DNA of 64,000 bases. It comes from an uncultured Candidatus Saccharibacteria bacterium. Lineage in GTDB: Bacteria > Patescibacteriota > Saccharimonadia > Saccharimonadales > Saccharimonadaceae. The stretch is taken from NCBI GenBank assembly GCA_963528915.1, contig CAURWV010000003.1, forward strand, positions 24,269-88,268, in the 5' to 3' direction. The position numbers and the translations under genes were made by a program. A model generated the notes under the pieces. That model was not told the DNA's origin. It did no database searches and saw only the letters and a program-made list of their open reading frames with translations. Of the stretch, positions 55,854 to 61,962 are shown piece by piece; positions within the stretch are counted from its first letter, which is position 1; each line of letters opens with the position of its first letter.

Positions 55854-57678
55854 ACCGTATCGCCGGCGGCGCTACACTGGTGTTAAGTCAACGGTTGATA
55901 CTCCTAGATGCAACTCTTGGCGCTCGAAGTTGCAAAGTATATTTTACGGCGCATATTGGCAGGTAAATTATCAAGCCGCTTCATTGCAGATAAAAATACA
56001 ACGTTTGTTTCGCTGCAAAAATTTTCGCAAATACGCTGTCGGCGCGATGGCGGTATTAATCTTGATATTAGTGGTCGTGCAACTGGCTTATCCTAATGAT
56101 AAGACTTTGCCGTTTGCACATATCGATGGATTAGCCATTGGCGGCATGACTAAAGATGCAGCAGCTAAAAAAGCCAATCAGGCTTATAATGACCACACTC
56201 TTAATGCTGCGATGAATAATTCCGATAAGCCGACGGTTAGTATAAAGCTACGCGATATTGCTGCTTCGGTTGATAATTCGCAGCGGATTAAACAGTATGA
56301 TTATCATTGGTATCTACGGCTTGTACCGACTTCGTTGTTTTGGCATGGCTTGAATTATGGCGCGCCGCCAGCGCCTAAATTTGCTAGCCATACGGATGCC
56401 GCCATTAACGAAAAGATAGTCGCTCACTGTCAACTGACTCCGACTAACGCTACGCTTAAGGTCAAGGGAGCGCAGCTTGAGGTGCAAAAATCTCAGTTTG
56501 GCGGCAAATGCGACGAAGCTAAAATCAAACAATCTGTACGTAATATCAAACCGAAATTACAGCAACCGACAACGGTTAATGTCAATAAAATAGACATCAA
56601 GCCAGCTGTTAGTGACGATAAAGCTAAGCTGTTAGAGCAAAAGCTAACCAAACATCTAACAAATGGTGTTCAGATTAAAGCCAAAGACAAGACTATTGCA
56701 GTCGATGCGCAAACAGTTTACAGTTGGCTTGATTTTGTCGCTAAAGACAAGGAGCTGGTAGCGATACTCAATACTGAGCGTACTAGTAAATGGCTGGATG
56801 ATAAGGTATCGAAAATTGTCGCTGTGGCGCCTGGTGTCTCGAAAATTACCACGCATGATTTCACGGTTGTCAGTAAGCAAACGGGCAGTTCGGGGCAGGC
56901 GCTTGACTTGCCAGCGATGTTGCAGAAGTTGCAGGGCGCGGTTGATGGCGGCAGCTTGCAACTTAGCGCTGCTACCAAGGCAGTGCCACCGCGCGAAGAA
57001 TATACACGGACGTATAGCTCTAGCGACGCCGGTTTGTCGGCTTTAATGGAGAACTTCGCCAAGGATCACCCTGGCACGTATGGCGTATCGATGATCGAAC
57101 TTGACGGCAAAAAACGCCGCGCCGAGTATAATGGCGATAAGCAATTCGTCACTGCTAGCACTTACAAACTATTAGTTGCTTACAGTGTGCTGAAGCGGAT
57201 TGATAGCGGTGCGCGCAGCTGGGATAGCGACCAGGCTTGCTTCAATAAAATGATTAGTCTGAGTGATAATGCTTGCGCCGAGAGTTTTTTGCACGCAATC
57301 GGAGTGAACACTCTTACTAGCGAAGCGAATAGCATCGGTCTCAAAAACTCGACATTCATGAAAGGCGGTGGTCCATACACGACAGCTAATGATCAGGCGT
57401 TGCTGCTAGGCATGATCGCGACAGGACAGAATTTCTCTAGTACTAACCAGCAGCGGTTGATCGAAGCGATGAAGAAAAATGTTTATCGCAAAGGTATTCC
57501 AGCAGGCGTATCGGGTACGGTTGCGGACAAAGTTGGCTTCATGAATGGATTGCTGCACGATTCGGCGATAGTTTACAGCCCGCACGGTACGTACGTGCTC
57601 TCGATCATGACAGAAGGGTCGAGTTGGCCGGTGATTGCTGATTTTGCCAAGCAGATTGATAATCTGCGAGCGCAGTAG
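55834..57678 (+). CDS. membrane-anchored serine hydrolase with a C-terminal class A beta-lactamase/PBP-like fold
   Basis: Preferred ATG is 55834 (RBS GAGGAG at 55824-55829). A basic cytoplasmic tail and one TM. A ~330-aa ectodomain of repeated beta-rich modules. The C-domain has SxxK (ASTYKL), SDN (SLSDNACAE) and a KxG-like triad (DKVGF). Confidence 0.7.
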   Translation: MRRIARKPYRRRRYTGVKSTVDTPRCNSWRSKLQSIFYGAYWQVNYQAASLQIKIQRLFRCKNFRKYAVGAMAVLILILVVVQLAYPNDKTLPFAHIDGLAIGGMTKDAAAKKANQAYNDHTLNAAMNNSDKPTVSIKLRDIAASVDNSQRIKQYDYHWYLRLVPTSLFWHGLNYGAPPAPKFASHTDAAINEKIVAHCQLTPTNATLKVKGAQLEVQKSQFGGKCDEAKIKQSVRNIKPKLQQPTTVNVNKIDIKPAVSDDKAKLLEQKLTKHLTNGVQIKAKDKTIAVDAQTVYSWLDFVAKDKELVAILNTERTSKWLDDKVSKIVAVAPGVSKITTHDFTVVSKQTGSSGQALDLPAMLQKLQGAVDGGSLQLSAATKAVPPREEYTRTYSSSDAGLSALMENFAKDHPGTYGVSMIELDGKKRRAEYNGDKQFVTASTYKLLVAYSVLKRIDSGARSWDSDQACFNKMISLSDNACAESFLHAIGVNTLTSEANSIGLKNSTFMKGGGPYTTANDQALLLGMIATGQNFSSTNQQRLIEAMKKNVYRKGIPAGVSGTVADKVGFMNGLLHDSAIVYSPHGTYVLSIMTEGSSWPVIADFAKQIDNLRAQ

Positions 57679-57680
57679 AC

Positions 57681-57709
57681 TTTACACTTTTTGCGGAATA
57701 CGATACAAT
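57681..57709 (+). promoter_or_regulatory. candidate promoter of tRNA-Asn
   Basis: TTTACA (57681-57686), a 17-nt spacer, then TACAAT (57704-57709), about 30 nt upstream of the tRNA. Confidence 0.45.
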
Positions 57710-57738
57710 ACTGACATCTGCGACGATGCAGAAAATAT

Positions 57739-57813
57739 TCCGGCATAGCTCAGTGGTAGAGCGGTTGGCTGTTAACCAATAGGTCGCTGGTTCGAGCCCA
57801 GCTGCCGGAGCCA
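57739..57813 (+). tRNA. tRNA-Asn (anticodon GTT), CCA encoded
   Basis: Manual cloverleaf. Acceptor TCCGGCA/TGCCGGA. D-arm GCTC-AGTGGTA-GAGC. Anticodon arm GTTGG-CTGTTAA-CCAAT. T-arm GCTGG-TTCGAGC-CCAGC. Discriminator G, then CCA. Confidence 0.93.
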
Positions 57814-57832
57814 TGGGATTAATTAGGTTAGT

Positions 57833-57870
57833 AAACACGCTCCGATTAATAGATTGGAGCGTGTTTATTT
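57833..57870 (+). terminator. rho-independent terminator after tRNA-Asn
   Basis: AAACACGCTCC (57833-57843), a 12-nt loop, GGAGCGTGTTT (57856-57866), then ATTT. An 11-bp perfect stem. Confidence 0.75.
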
Positions 57871-57965
57871 AGTTAATCGCTATGGACACTGACGTCTGAT
57901 TGTGGTATTATACACCTAATTCGTAGCAACCGCTACGATATCGCTCCTTTCGAGAGGATTTTCTT

Positions 57966-58256
57966 ATGGTGAGTGTAACTAAAGAGGCCGCACGCCGCCA
58001 GGTTCGGCGGGCCGAGCGCGCGCTACGGCGCGCCCGTCGTACATTCCAAGACGCAGAGGATGCGGTTTGGTTCGCCGAAAAGAACTGGGCGCTTTCTCAT
58101 CGTGGTTATCGTCATCACAAGCGATGTGCTAGCGAGGTTCGTCACGCCGATGCAAAGTTGGCGCGGGCCTATCGCAAATTGCGACAGGCAAAAAATAGAT
58201 TGACGGATGCTGAGGATAATCTTATGAAATTCAAGCAGGCATTACGAAATTCGTAA
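57966..58256 (+). CDS. small, very basic coiled-coil protein, unknown function
   Basis: 96 aa, R/K/A/E-rich (RRQVRRAERALRRARRTF...). Flanked by its own promoter-like element (TGGTATTAT at 57902-57910) and a terminator. No recognisable family. Confidence 0.5.
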   Translation: MVSVTKEAARRQVRRAERALRRARRTFQDAEDAVWFAEKNWALSHRGYRHHKRCASEVRHADAKLARAYRKLRQAKNRLTDAEDNLMKFKQALRNS

Positions 58257-58295
58257 TGCCTCGAGTCATCCACCCATCAGAAAGGAGTGATACCA

Positions 58296-58321
58296 ACCCC
58301 GATAATATGTCGGGGTTTTTC
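58296..58321 (+). terminator. rho-independent terminator after the small basic protein gene
   Basis: CCCCGA (58297-58302), loop TAATATG, TCGGGG (58310-58315), then TTTTT. Confidence 0.7.
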
Positions 58322-58357
58322 AATTTAGCTATTTGTAAATAATACAATGTAAAAAGC

Positions 58358-58387
58358 TTGACTAACACCATATATTGGGTGTAAATT
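58358..58387 (+). promoter_or_regulatory. candidate nrdD promoter
   Basis: TTGACT (58358-58363), a 17-18-nt spacer, then GTAAAT/TAAATT (58381-58387). The spacer is occupied by NrdR box 1. Confidence 0.4.
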
Positions 58388-58412
58388 TGTATGTAAGCAC
58401 TATATATGGTGT
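58365..58412 (+). promoter_or_regulatory. tandem NrdR boxes (NrdR repressor operator)
   Basis: Box 1 is ACACCATATATTGGGT (58365-58380). Box 2 is GCACTATATATGGTGT (58397-58412). Both fit the acaCwAtATaTwGtgt palindrome. Start-to-start spacing is 32 bp, about three helical turns, directly upstream of a ribonucleotide reductase gene. Confidence 0.7.
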
Positions 58413-58441
58413 TTTCGTAAAACAAATACACGATTACGTGT

Positions 58442-58470
58442 CGCTCCACGGGGTAGATATGGAGCGTTTT
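58442..58470 (+). promoter_or_regulatory. terminator-like hairpin in the nrdD 5' leader
   Basis: CGCTCCA (58442-58448), an 11-nt loop, TGGAGCG (58460-58466), then TTTT, about 25 nt before the nrdD start. It is preceded by a smaller hairpin, ACACG-ATTA-CGTGT (58427-58440). Confidence 0.35.
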
Positions 58471-58494
58471 AATGATGCATTCAGGAGGGGTAGT

Positions 58495-60624
58495 ATGTAT
58501 CAAACCATCAAGAAACGTGACGGTCGCAAAGTGAAATTTGACTCGGCAAAAATCACTAAAGCAATCGCTCGGGCTGGAGTTGAAACTGGCGAGTTCGACG
58601 AAAAAGTTGCCGCCAAGCTAACTGACAAAGTGCTTAAGCAACTTGAAACTCGCGAAACGCGTCGTGTGCCAGGTGTCGAAGAGATCCAAGATATCGTCGA
58701 AGATGTTCTGATTGGTTCCAAATACAAAAAAACCGCCAAAGCCTACATCATTTACCGCGACCAGCACAAGAAAATTCGCGAGATTACTTCGACAGCGCAT
58801 GTTGATCTGATTGATAAATACCTGGGCAATCTCGACTGGAAAGTGAATGAAAATTCGAATATGGGCTACAGCTTGCAGGGGCTGAACAATTACGTTTCTG
58901 CTGAAGTGACTAAAACGTATTGGCTGGACAAGATTTATACGCCCAAAATCGGTCGGGCGCATAAAGAGGGTGACTTACATATTCACGACCTCAATCTCTT
59001 GAGTGTTTATTGCGTTGGCTGGGACTTGTCGGACTTGTTACGCGAGGGTTTCACTGGAGTCAAAGGTAAGGTGGCTTCCAAGCCAGCTAAGCATTTTCGC
59101 TCGGCGCTGGGTCAGGTGGTGAATTTCTTCTACACCCTGCAAGGCGAGGCAGCTGGCGCCCAGGCTTTCTCGGATTTTGACACATTACTAGCGCCGTTCA
59201 TTCGCCATGATAAGCTTAGTTACGATGAGGTCAAGCAAGCTTTGCAGGAGTTCGTCTTCAACGTCAATGTGCCGACGCGGGTTGGTTTCCAGACGCCGTT
59301 TACTAATATTACGCTTGATTTGGAGTGTCCGAAGCACATGGCGGGTAACCCAGTGATTATCGGCGGTGAGATGCAGGATACCAATTACGGCGACTATCAG
59401 GAAGAAATGAATACGCTTAATAAGGCGCTGCTGGAGGTATTGTCTGAGGGTGACGCCAACGGCCGAGTCTTTACCTTTCCGATTCCGACAGTCAACATCA
59501 CCAAGGACTTCAATTGGGATAATCCGGTGATCGAAAATCTATGGAAAGCTAGCGCTAAGTACGGTATTCCATATTTCTCGAATTTTATCAATTCCGACAT
59601 GGACCCAGAAGATGCGCGCTCGATGTGCTGCCGTTTGCGTATTGATAATCGTCAATTGGAATATCGCGGCGGCGGGTTGTTTGGTAGTAATCCAATGACT
59701 GGCTCGGTCGGGGTAGTGACAATTAACTTGCCACGCCTGGCGCTGAAATCCAAGAATGAAAAAGAATTCTTCAAGGGCCTGGCTGAGTTGATGGATATGG
59801 CGCGTGATAGCCTAGAGACCAAGCGTAAAGTTTTGGAGCGCTTAACCGAAGCAAATCTGTATCCGTACACCAAGTTCTACCTGCGCGATATCAAAAAGCG
59901 TTTCAATGAGTATTGGAAGAATCACTTCTCGACGATTGGCTTGATCGGTACGAATGAGGCAGCGCTGAATTTGCTGGGCGTCGACATTGGTACCGAAAAG
60001 GGCAAGGCGTTCGCCGAGAAAACTCTTGATTTTATGCGCGATCGGCTGGTCGAATACCAGAAAGAAACTGGCAATAATTACAATTTGGAAGCAACGCCAG
60101 CTGAGGGTACGACTTACCGCTTAGCGCAAATTGACAAAGCCAGCTTCCCTGATCGAGCACACTTTGCCAATGGTTTGGGCGCGGCGGTCAAGCATCCGTT
60201 CTACACCAACTCCAGCCACTTGCCTGTCAATTACACCGACGACTTGTTCGAGCTGATGGATTTGCAGGATAATTTGCAGACCAAATACACTGGCGGTACG
60301 GTGATTCACTTCTTCCTCGGTGAGCGCATGGATGATCCACAAACGCTCAAGAAATTGGTCAAGACAATTTGCGAAAACTACAAATTGCCGTACTTTACCT
60401 TCACGCCAAGCTTCTCGATTTGCACCAATCACGGCTATATCGTCGGAGAGCATCCAGAGTGTCCGAATTGCGGCGAAGCGACTGAGGTTTACTCGCGGGT
60501 AGTCGGTTTCTTGCGTCCGGTTGCTCAGTGGAACAATGGCAAACAAGCTGAATTTGACATGAGGGAGCATTATGACGATGCCGCCGAACATCAGCGAGCT
60601 TGCGCCGTCGCTGTCCCAGCTTAA
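58495..60624 (+). CDS. nrdD: anaerobic ribonucleoside-triphosphate reductase (class III) with an N-terminal ATP-cone
   Basis: Preferred ATG is 58495 (RBS AGGAGGGG at 58483-58490). The ATP-cone is MYQTIKKRDGRKVKFDSAKITKAI. Class III core motifs are present. The C-terminal Zn-ribbon is CTNHGY...CPNCG and the glycyl-radical loop is SRVVGFLRP. Confidence 0.95.
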   Translation: MYQTIKKRDGRKVKFDSAKITKAIARAGVETGEFDEKVAAKLTDKVLKQLETRETRRVPGVEEIQDIVEDVLIGSKYKKTAKAYIIYRDQHKKIREITSTAHVDLIDKYLGNLDWKVNENSNMGYSLQGLNNYVSAEVTKTYWLDKIYTPKIGRAHKEGDLHIHDLNLLSVYCVGWDLSDLLREGFTGVKGKVASKPAKHFRSALGQVVNFFYTLQGEAAGAQAFSDFDTLLAPFIRHDKLSYDEVKQALQEFVFNVNVPTRVGFQTPFTNITLDLECPKHMAGNPVIIGGEMQDTNYGDYQEEMNTLNKALLEVLSEGDANGRVFTFPIPTVNITKDFNWDNPVIENLWKASAKYGIPYFSNFINSDMDPEDARSMCCRLRIDNRQLEYRGGGLFGSNPMTGSVGVVTINLPRLALKSKNEKEFFKGLAELMDMARDSLETKRKVLERLTEANLYPYTKFYLRDIKKRFNEYWKNHFSTIGLIGTNEAALNLLGVDIGTEKGKAFAEKTLDFMRDRLVEYQKETGNNYNLEATPAEGTTYRLAQIDKASFPDRAHFANGLGAAVKHPFYTNSSHLPVNYTDDLFELMDLQDNLQTKYTGGTVIHFFLGERMDDPQTLKKLVKTICENYKLPYFTFTPSFSICTNHGYIVGEHPECPNCGEATEVYSRVVGFLRPVAQWNNGKQAEFDMREHYDDAAEHQRACAVAVPA

Positions 60625-61315
60625 GGTGGCGATTGGCGGGATTCAGAAGCTGTCGCTGGTGGACTATCCCGGGCACGTGGCGGCAGCGCTGTTCCTCTCT
60701 GGCTGTAACATGCGCTGCGGCTATTGCCATAACCCCGAACTGGTGCTGCCCGAGCGCTTGACACCGAGCATCCCAGTCGAGGAGGCAATGATCTTCCTGA
60801 AGTCACGCATCGGCAAGCTAGACGGCGTGGTGATTTCTGGCGGTGAGCCGACGGTCAACGAAGATCTGCCCGTGCTTTGCCGGATGATTAAAAAGCTGGG
60901 TTTTGATGTCAAACTGGACACCAACGGCACGCACCCGGATATGGTGCGCGGCATGGTCGAGGAGGGGACGATTGATTTCATCGCCATGGATGTCAAGGGT
61001 CCGCTGGAAAAGTATGTGGAGATTGCGGCCCGGCCGATTGATCTGGAGGCGATCAAAGACAACGTGCGGCTGATGATTGACTCAGGGATTGGCCATGAGT
61101 TTCGGACGACGATTGTCCGCGAGCAGCTGGAGGTGGCGGATTTTGAAAAGATCGGCGAGCTCGTCAAAGGTGCCAAGCGATTTGCTTTGCAGCATTTTCG
61201 CACCGGTACGACGATTAGTCCGAAATTTGCCAATTACCACACGTTTACCGATGAGGAATTTAGAACTGCTCAAAAAATAATGGAAAGGTATGTTGACGAA
61301 TGCGTGATTCACTAA
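60572..61315 (+). CDS. nrdG: anaerobic ribonucleotide reductase activating protein (radical SAM)
   Basis: SLVDYPGHVAAALFLSGCNMRCGYCHNPEL (CxxxCxxC) and GVVISGGEPT. Overlaps the nrdD 3' end by 53 nt. Confidence 0.9.
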   Translation: MTMPPNISELAPSLSQLKVAIGGIQKLSLVDYPGHVAAALFLSGCNMRCGYCHNPELVLPERLTPSIPVEEAMIFLKSRIGKLDGVVISGGEPTVNEDLPVLCRMIKKLGFDVKLDTNGTHPDMVRGMVEEGTIDFIAMDVKGPLEKYVEIAARPIDLEAIKDNVRLMIDSGIGHEFRTTIVREQLEVADFEKIGELVKGAKRFALQHFRTGTTISPKFANYHTFTDEEFRTAQKIMERYVDECVIH

Positions 61316-61962
61316 CCGTCGAAATTGTGCGAGTGCGCCAGGAAAATCCCGAGGTGACGACGCTGTATGTTGCGCGGCCGTTTGACTTTATGGCGGGGCA
61401 ATATATCACGGTGTTTATTGAGGGCAGCCAGGTGCGCGAAGGCAAGGCCTATAGTATTTCTTCGCGTCCGCACGAGGAATTGATGTCAATTACCGTGAAA
61501 GATGTTGGCGGTGAATTCTCGAGCTATTTGTGTTCACGCCGTGTTGGCGACACGCTGCAGATTAGCCGGGCCTACGGCGATTTCAATCCGCAGACTGAGC
61601 GGTCATTGGTTGGCATCGCGGCGGGTTGCGGACTTAGTCCGATTTGGAGTATTTTGGCGGATGCCCAGCAGCCGACCTTTCTCTATTTTAGTCAGAAATC
61701 GCCAGAATATATGGTTTTCTCGGAGGAGTTGGCGGCGTCGAATATTATGGTCAAAAAGTTTAGTACCCGCCAACATGTCGAGGAAAAAGATGGCTGGTTT
61801 AACGGGCGGTTTGAGGTGGTGAAGATTGTGAGTGAAGTGCCGAGTGAGGCGCACTTTTTGGTCTGCGGTAGCCTGCCGTTTGTACGCGATGTTTGGCAAA
61901 AATTAACTGCCGCTGGCGTCGATGAGTCGCGGATTTCAACGGAGACTTTTTTTGAACGATGA
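61300..61962 (+). CDS. ferredoxin-NADP reductase-like (FNR family) flavoprotein module, 220 aa
   Basis: FAD-binding motifs KAYSISS (RxYS type) and VGGEFSSYL. NAD(P)-binding motifs GIAAGCGLSPIWSIL and FLVCGSLPFV. The ISTETFF end is typical of the family. Overlaps nrdG by 16 nt. Confidence 0.8.
   Translation: MRDSLTVEIVRVRQENPEVTTLYVARPFDFMAGQYITVFIEGSQVREGKAYSISSRPHEELMSITVKDVGGEFSSYLCSRRVGDTLQISRAYGDFNPQTERSLVGIAAGCGLSPIWSILADAQQPTFLYFSQKSPEYMVFSEELAASNIMVKKFSTRQHVEEKDGWFNGRFEVVKIVSEVPSEAHFLVCGSLPFVRDVWQKLTAAGVDESRISTETFFER

Noticed and set aside
57739-58321. tRNA-Asn as the attachment site of an integrated mobile element
   Set aside because: No integrase, recombinase or phage/plasmid genes follow the tRNA. 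I could not find a direct repeat of the tRNA 3' end downstream by eye. Only one small orphan gene separates it from the housekeeping nrd operon.
58375-58494. N-terminal 40-codon extension of nrdD given in the ORF track (start 58375)
   Set aside because: The extension would begin inside the NrdR boxes and promoter and encodes non-conserved sequence. ATG 58495 is preceded by AGGAGGGG and starts a canonical ATP-cone (MYQTIKKRDGR).
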